64,000 bases of DNA from Minisyncoccota bacterium (GTDB lineage Bacteria > Patescibacteriota > Minisyncoccia > Phycocordibacterales > Phycocordibacteraceae). Shown here one piece after another: positions 20,380 to 28,972 of this stretch. Position 1 is the first letter of the stretch, and every line of letters starts with the position of its first letter. Made by a program: the position numbers and the translations under genes. Below the pieces are notes generated by a model. That model searched no databases. It was not told the origin of the DNA and saw nothing but the letters and a program-made list of their open reading frames with translations. The stretch covers positions 601,605 to 665,604 of the forward strand of contig DASPLI010000001.1 of NCBI GenBank assembly GCA_035627655.1. The letters run 5' to 3'.

Positions 20380-20403
20380 GCACGAACGTGACGTGTAGCT
20401 AGT

Positions 20404-20436
20404 AAAGGGCCTGCCATACTTCGGCAGGCCCTTTTT
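20404..20436 (+). terminator. Intrinsic terminator closing the Ubl operon
   Basis: AAAGGGCCTGCC-ATACTTC-GGCAGGCCCTTTTT. Confidence 0.85.
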
Positions 20437-20452
20437 CATACCCACACTACTA

Positions 20453-20481
20453 TTGACTTTCTCATATTTATGTGATACTAT
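20453..20481 (+). promoter_or_regulatory. Sigma70-type promoter
   Basis: TTGACT-17 nt-TACTAT. Confidence 0.65.
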
Positions 20482-20532
20482 ATCTCCAGATGCAACTGGG
20501 GATTCCCCCTAGATCATCGGAGGTGAATAACG

Positions 20533-20799
20533 ATGGACGTGATCTCTAACGTCTTCTCGAATCTCGATCAGCTTGAAGGCCTGCAGCTGCTGTGGCTGAC
20601 GCTCTGCTGCCTGCCGGCCATTGCTTCGCTGCTGCCGTTCTATCACGCAGTACGCTGGACTCTGGCCGACGCAGGGCTCCCTGTCGTTTATACCGGCAAG
20701 GGCCCGAACGTCCCGGCAATTCTCGCAGTCGTCATCGGCATCGGCCTGCTGCTTGCAAGCGCGATCGCGATCATCATCGTCTTCGGCGGCAACGCCTAA
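20533..20799 (+). CDS. Hypothetical membrane protein (2 TM)
   Basis: GGAGGTG SD; own promoter; downstream hairpin at about 20809-20839. Confidence 0.75.
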   Translation: MDVISNVFSNLDQLEGLQLLWLTLCCLPAIASLLPFYHAVRWTLADAGLPVVYTGKGPNVPAILAVVIGIGLLLASAIAIIIVFGGNA

Positions 20800-20939
20800 G
20801 ACCACCTTCAAGCGGCGCGAGCAATCCTCGCGCCGCTTGTCACCTAGCGACCTCTTGACCAGAAACGGTTTCGGGTCGAGTATGCAAACAGATCCCGATC
20901 GGTCGAATACCGGTCCGGAAGTAAGGGGGAGAATGGACT

Positions 20940-21125
20940 ATGGACTCGTTTCCGCTGCTGCGCAAAACGCTGGACCCGCATGAACTCGCCATCCGCGGCC
21001 CCGAGCCGTCCTTGGTCGATACCGAAGCGGTCGGCGTCGCACTCCAAAAAGCGTCGATCCCAGCCTCGGTCCTCATTGTTGGGCTCATCATTCTCTTCGG
21101 CTTCGTGCAGCCACTGTCGTTCTAA
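20940..21125 (+). CDS. Small hypothetical membrane protein
   Basis: GGGGAG SD; C-terminal hydrophobic helix. Confidence 0.5.
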   Translation: MDSFPLLRKTLDPHELAIRGPEPSLVDTEAVGVALQKASIPASVLIVGLIILFGFVQPLSF

Positions 21126-21217
21126 CGGCACGCCACACGACATCCGAGACTTCCAGAGCGGCGAAGCAATTCGCCGCTCTTTGCATTTGCCCACCGTTTT
21201 CTGCATACTACGTGCTA

Positions 21218-22279
21218 ATGGCAAAGAACTATTACGAGATTTTGGGTGTCGACAAGAAGGCCACCAAGGACGATATCAAGAAGGCCTTCCGCAAACTCGC
21301 GCAGCAGCACCATCCAGACAAGGGGGGAGACGAAGCGAAGTTTAAGGAGATCACCGAAGCCTACGCGACCCTCGGAGATGAGAAGCGCCGCCGGGAATAC
21401 GACTCCTATGGCCAGGCATTTGCCGGGGCCGGGCCAACAGGCGCAGGTGGCTTTGACTTCTCCGGCTTCCAGCAGGGCGGCGTGGAGTTCGATTTCTCCG
21501 ACCTCTTTGGCGACCTCGGAGACATCTTTGGCGGAGCGCGCGGCGGTCGGCGCATTCGCCGCGGCCGCGACATTTCCATCGATGTTGAACTCACGTTCAA
21601 GGAATCCATTCTGGGCGCGCGTCGTAGCGTCCTTCTGACGAAGGTCGGGAAGTGCGAAGTGTGCGAAGGCTCGGGCGCAAAGCCGAATACAGAAATGGAA
21701 ACCTGTAAGAGCTGCAGCGGCACCGGCCGCATCCACGAAACACGGAACTCGCCGCTTGGCGCGTTCACGAGCGTTCGCTCTTGCCCAGCTTGTGATGGGG
21801 CTGGCACCGTGCCGAAAGAAAAGTGCAAAAACTGCAGCGGCCATGGCGTACTGCGCAAAGAGGAGGAAGTGAAGATTGATATCCCGCGCGGCATCGATAA
21901 CGGCGAGATGATCCGCATGCCGGGACGCGGCGAAGCAGTCAAGAACGGCATCTCAGGAGACCTTTACGTCAAAGTGCATGTGAAGCAGCATCCGGTCTAT
22001 CGCAAGGAGGGAGCGAATCTCGTTATGGATCTCCCGATCAAGCTCACAGATGCGCTTCTTGGTACGACTGTCACAATCACAACCATTGATGACAAGACGC
22101 TTGAAGTAAAAGTGCCGGTCATGAGCAAGGTCGAGGAGATTCTTCGCCTCCGCGGCAAAGGTGTTGAATACGAAGGCGGTGCGGGCGATCTCTTGATCCG
22201 CACCTCCGTCACACTTCCGAAGAAGCTCTCTTCTAAAGCCAAGCGCGCTATTGAAGAACTCCAAAACGAGGGGCTCTAG
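21218..22279 (+). CDS. dnaJ: Chaperone DnaJ
   Basis: J-domain HPD, G/F region, four CxxCxGxG repeats. Confidence 0.98.
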   Translation: MAKNYYEILGVDKKATKDDIKKAFRKLAQQHHPDKGGDEAKFKEITEAYATLGDEKRRREYDSYGQAFAGAGPTGAGGFDFSGFQQGGVEFDFSDLFGDLGDIFGGARGGRRIRRGRDISIDVELTFKESILGARRSVLLTKVGKCEVCEGSGAKPNTEMETCKSCSGTGRIHETRNSPLGAFTSVRSCPACDGAGTVPKEKCKNCSGHGVLRKEEEVKIDIPRGIDNGEMIRMPGRGEAVKNGISGDLYVKVHVKQHPVYRKEGANLVMDLPIKLTDALLGTTVTITTIDDKTLEVKVPVMSKVEEILRLRGKGVEYEGGAGDLLIRTSVTLPKKLSSKAKRAIEELQNEGL

Positions 22280-22297
22280 TGGGGTAGAATGGGGCCT

Positions 22298-22828
22298 ATG
22301 GACGGCTTCAACGAGTCTCTACTCCAGGTAGGCACCATTGCGACCGATCTTGGTTCGAGCGCCTGGTTGTGGGCGGGGAACTTTCTTGCGCTCATCATTC
22401 TTACTATCGTGCTCCTTTTCTTTGCTATGCGCGCCGGACGCGCCGGCGTCATCTCGCTCATTCTCGCCTTATATGCTGGGTATGCACTCTATGTCGTATT
22501 TCCGTACACCGCTGCTGTCGTGAGCGCTGGCGGCACGCCGCTTATTCAGGCAGCAATCAGCATTATCCTGTTTGCGGCAGCAGCGGTTGTTCCGTTCCTA
22601 CTGGTGAACCGACTGACTGGCGGGGGATTCGGCTCACTCTCCATCATTCAAAACTTTATCTTGGCACTTCTTGCTGCTGGCTTCTTGATGGCGCTTGGCT
22701 ATCACGTGTTTGATATCAGCAATATCTACACTTTCTCCGAGCCGCTCAATCAGCTCTTTGAACCGGAAGGCTATTTCTTCTACTGGTTTGTTGCGCCACT
22801 TATCGGACTCTATTTCTTAGCGCACTAG
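22298..22828 (+). CDS. Hypothetical multi-pass membrane protein
   Basis: About 5 hydrophobic helices; start placed 7 nt after TAGAAT. Confidence 0.8.
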   Translation: MDGFNESLLQVGTIATDLGSSAWLWAGNFLALIILTIVLLFFAMRAGRAGVISLILALYAGYALYVVFPYTAAVVSAGGTPLIQAAISIILFAAAAVVPFLLVNRLTGGGFGSLSIIQNFILALLAAGFLMALGYHVFDISNIYTFSEPLNQLFEPEGYFFYWFVAPLIGLYFLAH

Positions 22829-22829
22829 T

Positions 22830-22967
22830 ATGGGATTTCGGAACACACTTATCTGGATCGGTGCCATCCTACTTCTAGGTTCGTGGTACTTTGGCGATCT
22901 TGCTATTGTGATCGGTGCACCACTCCTCTTCATGGGCATGATCCTCAAGTATCTTGAAATAAGCTAG
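22830..22967 (+). CDS. 45-aa hydrophobic protein
   Basis: MGFRNTLIWIGAILLLGSWYFGDLAIVIGAPLLFMGMILKYLEIS*; fills the gap between neighbours exactly. Confidence 0.6.
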   Translation: MGFRNTLIWIGAILLLGSWYFGDLAIVIGAPLLFMGMILKYLEIS

Positions 22968-22969
22968 GT

Positions 22970-23404
22970 ATGTGGATCGTCTTTGCCATTCTCGCGTCCG
23001 TCTTCTGGGGACTGACGTATGTCGTCAACGAGCAGGTATACAAACATATTTCGATCTACTCCTCGCTCGCGATCACGCTCGTCATTGCTGGCATTGTGAC
23101 GGGCATCTACGCCTACTTCACCGGCACGCTACCCAAAGATCTCGTGACCATGACTTCTTCCGCGCGCGTATTCACCCTTGTTGCTGTAGGTACCGCACTA
23201 CTCATCCTTGCGGAGATTTTTATTGCCCTCTCGATCGTGGGGAAGAATGCAACCATTGCCGGCTTAGTCGAAATTTCTTATCCGCTCTTTATCGCCGTAT
23301 TTGCATACCTCTTATTTCGTGAAAGCCAGCTGACGGCAGGGGCAGCTCTTGGTGGGGCGCTTATTTTCCTTGGAATTACGGTTATCTATATCTTCAATCG
23401 CTAA
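22970..23404 (+). CDS. EamA/DMT family membrane protein (single domain)
   Basis: AILASVFWG start, EISYPLF, LFRE, GGALIFLG. Confidence 0.8.
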   Translation: MWIVFAILASVFWGLTYVVNEQVYKHISIYSSLAITLVIAGIVTGIYAYFTGTLPKDLVTMTSSARVFTLVAVGTALLILAEIFIALSIVGKNATIAGLVEISYPLFIAVFAYLLFRESQLTAGAALGGALIFLGITVIYIFNR

Positions 23405-23493
23405 TCTTGCTTTTTCTGAATAGTTGTGATATAATCACGTAACAGCGTATTGTCGCTTAGTTCTTACTTTTCTATCCAACGAAGGAGGTGTAC

Positions 23494-24162
23494 ATGCTGC
23501 AGTCGAAAGGCTTGTGGCGCGTCGGCTTGGTGCTCGGCCTCCTGGCGGGGGTATTGCATCTGGTCGGCTACGTTCTCTACGCACACGGCATTCTGAACGG
23601 GGCGATTCATACCAACATCGTGTCCTGGGGTCTCTGGACCTTCGGATCGATCGTCGCCTTCGTGACGTTCCAAGAAATCGCGCACGACTGGGTCAAGTCC
23701 TTCTTGAACGCAGTCTGTGTACTCGGGATGTTCGTCATCTTCGGTCTGATCCTGTATCAGCGAGGACGGGACCATGTTCCGTTCGAGCTCGACGCAGGTA
23801 TGATCACCGATCTCCTGATTGCCGTGCTCGATCTGTTCGTCATGTTCATCTGGATTTTGTTTCGGAAGCGGAGCCTTAGTGTTATCGATTTCTGGCTACA
23901 GGTCGATATCATCATCAGCTTCCTGCCGATCATGCGATCTACGATTGCCGATCCGTCGAGCGAAACACTCATCCCCTGGGTATTGTGGACGTTCGCGTAC
24001 CTGGCCCAGTACTTCTGCATCGCCTGCAGAGCAGCCGACAAGGTTGGGGACGAGGTGGATCTGAAAAGCACAAAACGGAGTCTCAACACTCCACTCAACT
24101 ACCTGTTTTGGCACGGCGCCTTGGCGTTCGTGCTGCTGCAGGGAGGAGCGGCGCTCTTGTAG
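23494..24162 (+). CDS. Hypothetical multi-pass membrane protein
   Basis: AAGGAGG SD; TTGCTT-17-TATAAT promoter upstream; SWGLW and P..E...PW motifs. Confidence 0.75.
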   Translation: MLQSKGLWRVGLVLGLLAGVLHLVGYVLYAHGILNGAIHTNIVSWGLWTFGSIVAFVTFQEIAHDWVKSFLNAVCVLGMFVIFGLILYQRGRDHVPFELDAGMITDLLIAVLDLFVMFIWILFRKRSLSVIDFWLQVDIIISFLPIMRSTIADPSSETLIPWVLWTFAYLAQYFCIACRAADKVGDEVDLKSTKRSLNTPLNYLFWHGALAFVLLQGGAALL

Positions 24163-24245
24163 CGCCGCTTTTCTTATTCCATGACTAGGCTATGGGGATA
24201 GTGACAAGTCAAGTCATTTATCGTATAGTATTATCCTACAGAGAT

Positions 24246-24740
24246 ATGAAGCATATCTACACCTGCTCAAGCAAAATTCATGGCTTGGGCGTCAACATCG
24301 GCGAAGACGCAAAAAAGGGCGATATCATTTCCTACATCAAAGGCGACCTTAAATTCAAGGTCAACAAAGATGAGAAGGATGCACTCGACAACCCGGACTG
24401 GGTCGGTATCGAAAAGAATCAGTGGATCGACCCGCATAAGCCGTACAAATTTTTGAACCACTCCTGCAACCCCTCCGCCGGCATCAAGGGGAAGGTTACC
24501 CTTGTCGCACTTCGCAATATGAAGGAAGGAGAGGAGATTACGATTGATTACTCAACGATTGAAGGCGATCCGCTGTGGCGCATGAAGTGCGCGTGTGGCG
24601 AACCGAACTGTCGCAAGATAATTCGCTCCGTGCACTCGCTTCCTGAAAAGCAGTTTAAAAAATACCTTCCGTTTGTGCCGACGTACTTCAAGAAGGTATA
24701 CGAGAAGCATCGACAGCAGACTTCCTTTAAAGCAGCATGA
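24246..24740 (+). CDS. SET-domain lysine methyltransferase with post-SET
   Basis: IHGLG, FLNHSCNPS, GEEITIDY, CACGEPNCR. Confidence 0.92.
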   Translation: MKHIYTCSSKIHGLGVNIGEDAKKGDIISYIKGDLKFKVNKDEKDALDNPDWVGIEKNQWIDPHKPYKFLNHSCNPSAGIKGKVTLVALRNMKEGEEITIDYSTIEGDPLWRMKCACGEPNCRKIIRSVHSLPEKQFKKYLPFVPTYFKKVYEKHRQQTSFKAA

Positions 24741-24877
24741 GCCCCGGGGTAAAAACAATCATCCTCACGCTTCTTGCCCTTTCCATCGGTGCGACCGTAG
24801 TCTCGTACTATCGATACATAGTGGTGGGAGATGTGCCGTTTATTACTGAAGGATTTACCCTCGAAGAGGAAGAGTAG
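24737..24877 (+). CDS. 46-aa membrane peptide
   Basis: ATGA overlap with the SET gene; MSPGVKTIILTLLALSIGATVVSYYRYIVVGDVPFITEGFTLEEEE*. Confidence 0.6.
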   Translation: MSPGVKTIILTLLALSIGATVVSYYRYIVVGDVPFITEGFTLEEEE

Positions 24878-24880
24878 TTT

Positions 24881-26548
24881 ATGCCAACCGACCCGCAAGC
24901 ACTGATCGAACTCTGCCAATGGGATACGGCCCGGTATTTTATCTTTTCGGAGAACGTCTTCTCCCACCTTATTTACTACTCGCACCTGCTGCCGCTGGTC
25001 GCGTCCCTGATCCTCGGCATTTTTATTATTTCAAGCAATAAAACATCCGCGGCGGCAAAAGCACTCTTCTTCTCCATTATCGGGCTCAATATCTGGCTCT
25101 TTTTCGACTTGATTCTCTGGGCTACTGAAATACCGCGCTACACCATGTTCTTCTGGTCGATCATTAACATGGTCGAGCCGATGATTTATGCCGGCATTCT
25201 TTTCTTCCTGTATTTCTTTATCCGCGGCAAGTCTCCATCGTTCTGGCCATCTCTTGGGCTTGGGATTCTGCTTATCCCAACGATTGTACTAACGCCGACC
25301 CATTACGCGCTTGAGGCGTTCAACCTCACGAACTGCGACCGCGAGGCAGTGGAGGGCATCATGGTGTACTACGGCTATTTCGTTGAAATCCTGATCACCA
25401 TTTGGATTCTTGTCTTCGGCTTCGCGAGCCTGATTCGCGAGAAGGTTGCCGAGGAACGTCGCAAGATCGGGCTCGTGGTCTTCGGCTCCGTCTTCCTTCT
25501 CCTCTCGTTCGCACTTGGAAACGTGATCGGCAGTCTGTTCGTAGACTGGACCATCGGCCAGTACGGCCTCCTTGGCATTCCGGTATTTGTCGGCCTACTT
25601 GGCTATCTCATCGTCCGCTTCCATGCATTCAATATTCGTCTCATCGCAGCGCAGGCGCTTGTGGCCGGCGTGTGGATCCTAGTGCTTGGCCTTCTGTTCA
25701 TCCGAACGATCGAAGTGGCACGCATTGTGACAGCTATCACGCTCATCTTCGTGATCATTCTCGGTATTGCGCTCGTCCGCGGCGTGAAGCGTGAGATCGA
25801 GCAGCGCGAACGACTTGAGGTTCTTACGAAGGAGTTGCAGAGTGCAAACGATCGCCTCAAAGAGCTCGATCAGCTCAAGAGCGAATTTCTTTCGATCGCT
25901 TCCCATCAGCTGCGCGCCCCGATCACGGCTATTCGCGGCTATGCGGCAAACATTGCCGACGGCACGTATGGTCCAGTTCCAGATCATCTCAAGGAGCCGC
26001 TTGAGACGGTGCAGGAAACCACGCGCCTCATGGTCAACTCGATTGAAGACTACCTGAACATCTCTCGCATCGAGCAGGGAAGAATGAAATACGAAAAGAG
26101 CGATTTCGATATTGCCGATCTTGCAAAGAAGGTGGTGAATGAACTTACGCCGGTCGCCGCGAAGAAACAGCTCACGCTCTCCGTCAACGCGCCGGAAGAT
26201 CTTATGGTCAATGCCGACATTGGTAAGATCAAACAGGTCATCACGAACCTCGTCGATAACGCAATCAAATACACGAAGGAAGGTGGTATTACCGTTGCGG
26301 TTGCGGAAGAGCAGAACAAGGTGCGCGTTACGGTCACTGACACCGGCGTTGGTATTCCTGCTGAAGAGATCAACGGTCTCTTTGAGAAGTTCAAGCGTGC
26401 ACGCGGTGCAAACAACGTAAACACCACCGGCACCGGCCTCGGTCTCTATGTCGCCAAGCAGCTTGCTGAAGGGCATGGCGGTTCAGTACGTGCTACCTCC
26501 GACGGTGCAGGGAAGGGTTCGTGCTTTATTCTTGAGCTTCCGCGCTAG
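24881..26548 (+). CDS. Multi-TM sensor histidine kinase
   Basis: H-box SIASHQLRAP, N-box NLVDNAIKYT, DTGVGI, GTGLGL. Confidence 0.95.
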   Translation: MPTDPQALIELCQWDTARYFIFSENVFSHLIYYSHLLPLVASLILGIFIISSNKTSAAAKALFFSIIGLNIWLFFDLILWATEIPRYTMFFWSIINMVEPMIYAGILFFLYFFIRGKSPSFWPSLGLGILLIPTIVLTPTHYALEAFNLTNCDREAVEGIMVYYGYFVEILITIWILVFGFASLIREKVAEERRKIGLVVFGSVFLLLSFALGNVIGSLFVDWTIGQYGLLGIPVFVGLLGYLIVRFHAFNIRLIAAQALVAGVWILVLGLLFIRTIEVARIVTAITLIFVIILGIALVRGVKREIEQRERLEVLTKELQSANDRLKELDQLKSEFLSIASHQLRAPITAIRGYAANIADGTYGPVPDHLKEPLETVQETTRLMVNSIEDYLNISRIEQGRMKYEKSDFDIADLAKKVVNELTPVAAKKQLTLSVNAPEDLMVNADIGKIKQVITNLVDNAIKYTKEGGITVAVAEEQNKVRVTVTDTGVGIPAEEINGLFEKFKRARGANNVNTTGTGLGLYVAKQLAEGHGGSVRATSDGAGKGSCFILELPR

Positions 26549-26550
26549 TA

Positions 26551-26726
26551 TTGACATCGCCTAGTCGTGGCGTATGGTATAGAGCACTGGCGAATATCGC
26601 CCGTACGACGTAACTCGTTTGTGTCGTTCGGGCGGGGTTTGTCTACAAAGACAAAGGGGCCGCGATGCTCTTTGGACGTTACGAAGACATCGCGTTGTCG
26701 TAAACCTACAGAAGTAGGAGGAGAAT
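26551..26726 (+). promoter_or_regulatory. Promoter plus structured 5' leader (candidate riboswitch)
   Basis: TTGACA-16-TATGGT; helices AGAGCA/TGCTCT, CGCCCG/CGGGCG, TTTGTCT/AGACAAA; competing CGCGATG/CATCGCG; CCTAC/GTAGG hairpin overlapping the SD. Confidence 0.5.
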
Positions 26727-27740
26727 GTGAAATTAAGACCATTGCCTGTAGTCAGCGACTTTGTTGTTGACCAGATGCCGGGCCTCCTTGAAGACGAGGA
26801 CCCTCAGTGGTTCAGGCGGCGTGTGACCCACGTCGCCGAAGAGGCTGACTGGTATCTGTCGCACGCCGCGTTTGACGGTCAGGACCGTCGAGTGCTTCTC
26901 TTGGATCTCTTGATGATCCAGGCGGCAATGCACACGAAGAAGCAGACGTGTCCGCGTGAGCTTTCGAGCGCAATCGCTCGCTTGCTCGGCAGAAACGAAG
27001 CGCCGATTATCACGTACGAGCTGCTGGTGCTCGATAATCCTGAAACGGATATGCGCGCATTTACGCGCGGCCCGGTCGGGGAAACGGAAAAGGCATTCTA
27101 TAATGCCCACCGTACTATCGAGCATGCGCTCACACCCGTGATCGCGAGCGTCGACACGCTTCTCTCATGGCTTGAAGGCAGCGCCGACGGCGCCGTCTTG
27201 TCGCCCGACGTTCTGATTGGCATCTTGAAACCGATCTGCGGATCGTTTGAGAGTCCGGCACTCCGGCTGATGCCGGGTGGCAACACGGACACCGGGCATT
27301 TCGCCCAGTTCCGTCCGTACTTCATGAGTATGGAAGTCGGAGGTAAAAAAATCCGCGGACCAAGTGGAGCTTTCTCCGGCCAGATGCCGCTTCTGGAGAT
27401 CCTCTTCAGAGGTGACTCGCCGTCCAAGAACTCGCAGGTCTACGTCGACCTTTGCTCGGAGTATTTCCCAGTACGTCACCGGGAACGACTCCATGAGGCA
27501 ATCATGCGAGCCAAAGACGGACGGATTCTCACGAACTTTGCCGCACGCGACAAGCTTGCAGCACAGTACGTGAACATTCTCGACCGGTTTTTCTACGACT
27601 TCCGACTCAACCACCTGCGTGCGGTCTATTCACAGATCCGCAACCAAGTGCGCGACAAGGAAGAAGGTACCGGCGGGTTTGAAGACATCCGTACATTCCT
27701 CAAAGACCGGCTTGGCGAAGAGCCAGACTGGAATTGGTAG
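26727..27740 (+). CDS. IDO/PrnB-like heme-dependent aromatic oxygenase family protein
   Basis: F..FRPYF, GPSGA, C-terminal FR..H...V...I...GTGG (proximal His and GTGG loop pattern of the IDO/TDO/PrnB superfamily). Confidence 0.65.
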   Translation: MKLRPLPVVSDFVVDQMPGLLEDEDPQWFRRRVTHVAEEADWYLSHAAFDGQDRRVLLLDLLMIQAAMHTKKQTCPRELSSAIARLLGRNEAPIITYELLVLDNPETDMRAFTRGPVGETEKAFYNAHRTIEHALTPVIASVDTLLSWLEGSADGAVLSPDVLIGILKPICGSFESPALRLMPGGNTDTGHFAQFRPYFMSMEVGGKKIRGPSGAFSGQMPLLEILFRGDSPSKNSQVYVDLCSEYFPVRHRERLHEAIMRAKDGRILTNFAARDKLAAQYVNILDRFFYDFRLNHLRAVYSQIRNQVRDKEEGTGGFEDIRTFLKDRLGEEPDWNW

Positions 27741-27786
27741 GAATAAGACTTGAAGGGGAGGCTTGGCGCCTCCTCTTCTTCTTTAC

Positions 27787-27815
27787 TTGACTCCGTCCTC
27801 AGCATTCGCTACCGT
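27787..27815 (+). promoter_or_regulatory. Sigma70-type promoter for the T-box leader
   Basis: TTGACT-17 nt-TACCGT. Confidence 0.55.
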
Positions 27816-27819
27816 ACAC

Positions 27820-28058
27820 GCTAGACAGCGTCTTGGACTCCGGTCCCGCCATAAGCGGGATTGGGCCGGAGTCGCCCGCTAGGGCAAGACGGCTTCTGCG
27901 CTAGTGGAAGCCCGGCATCCTCCGTAATCACGGGATAACCGATCGCCAAACGGCTGTCGGTGAAAGGCTTCAGTAGTGAAGCGAAGTAAGGTGGCACCGC
28001 GGAAATCCGCCCTTACGATAGGAGTTTCGACTCGTATCGCAAGGGCGGCTTTGCGTTT
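27820..28058 (+). promoter_or_regulatory. T-box riboswitch-like leader (antiterminator/terminator)
   Basis: GTAAGG-TGGCACC-GCGG-AAAT-CCGC-CCTTAC at 27986-28016 gives the 7-nt UGGNACC bulge; overlapping terminator CCGCCCTT...AAGGGCGG-CTTTGCGTTT. Confidence 0.8.
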
Positions 28059-28097
28059 ATGCAACAGCTCGCACGTTCTTTCACAAGGAGAATTCCC

Positions 28098-28919
28098 ATG
28101 AACGGACTTGAAGCTTTCAAGTCACAATTCCGCTTCAACCCGGCCATGGCATTTTTGGTCGGTGTCGAGCGTGAATGCTTCACGGCAGACGAACACGGAA
28201 CCATCGTCCCCGCCGCGCCCGCGGTTCTCGAGCACATCCGTGTAAACGGATGGCAGAATCCGAGCGGCCCTATGCACGGGACGCTCGTCGATCCCGGCAA
28301 GCAGGTCGGATACGAGCTGTCTGCATGCCAGGTTGAGACGCGAACCAATCCGGTTCGTCTTGAAAACCTGGAGGCTGAACTCTCGTACCAACAGCAGGAG
28401 CTTGAACGCTCCATGCTCTCCTGCGGGTTTCGCGCCCTCTATGTTGAGGTCGCGCCAGACACCATGCCGCTTGATGTCTATCCGGACCCGAGCGGACGGT
28501 ATGCGACCGTTACCGCTTCCATGCCGCGCGAAGTGCTACTCGCCGCCTGTCAGGTTGCTGGTACGCACATTCACGTTGGCATGCCTGATCACGAGACGGC
28601 GCTTCGCGTCTACAACTCGGTGATCGGCGAGACGGAACGACTGTCGCGACTGGGCGACCACACCAACGGCAAGCGGCTTGCGATCTATCGCGTCGTTGCG
28701 CCGCAGTGTGATCCGAAACCCTACCAAAGCTGGGATGAGTACCACGCCCTCGCGAAAGCGAAGGGGTTCGAGAACGATCCTCGGTCGTGCTGGACTCTGA
28801 TCCGTATCGCCGTGCACGGGACGATTGAATTTCGCATGTTCGGGGTCACCCGATCTGCAAAAGAAATCGTCGGCTGGGCGAACGAATGCCGAGACCTATG
28901 CCTTGAGGCTGCAGGATGA
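28098..28919 (+). CDS. Glutamate--cysteine ligase family 2 (GCS2/YbdK-like) carboxylate-amine ligase
   Basis: VGVERE, YELSACQVET.T, GTHIHVG, W..IR...HGTIEFR; AAGGAG SD. Confidence 0.85.
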   Translation: MNGLEAFKSQFRFNPAMAFLVGVERECFTADEHGTIVPAAPAVLEHIRVNGWQNPSGPMHGTLVDPGKQVGYELSACQVETRTNPVRLENLEAELSYQQQELERSMLSCGFRALYVEVAPDTMPLDVYPDPSGRYATVTASMPREVLLAACQVAGTHIHVGMPDHETALRVYNSVIGETERLSRLGDHTNGKRLAIYRVVAPQCDPKPYQSWDEYHALAKAKGFENDPRSCWTLIRIAVHGTIEFRMFGVTRSAKEIVGWANECRDLCLEAAG

Positions 28920-28972
28920 AGCACAAGCAGGGAGCCATGCGCTCCCTGCTTTTTCGTATATAGTAACTACCA

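Noticed and set aside
27901-27976. Hammerhead ribozyme (three-way junction with GAAA)
   Set aside because: The CUGANGA core is absent.
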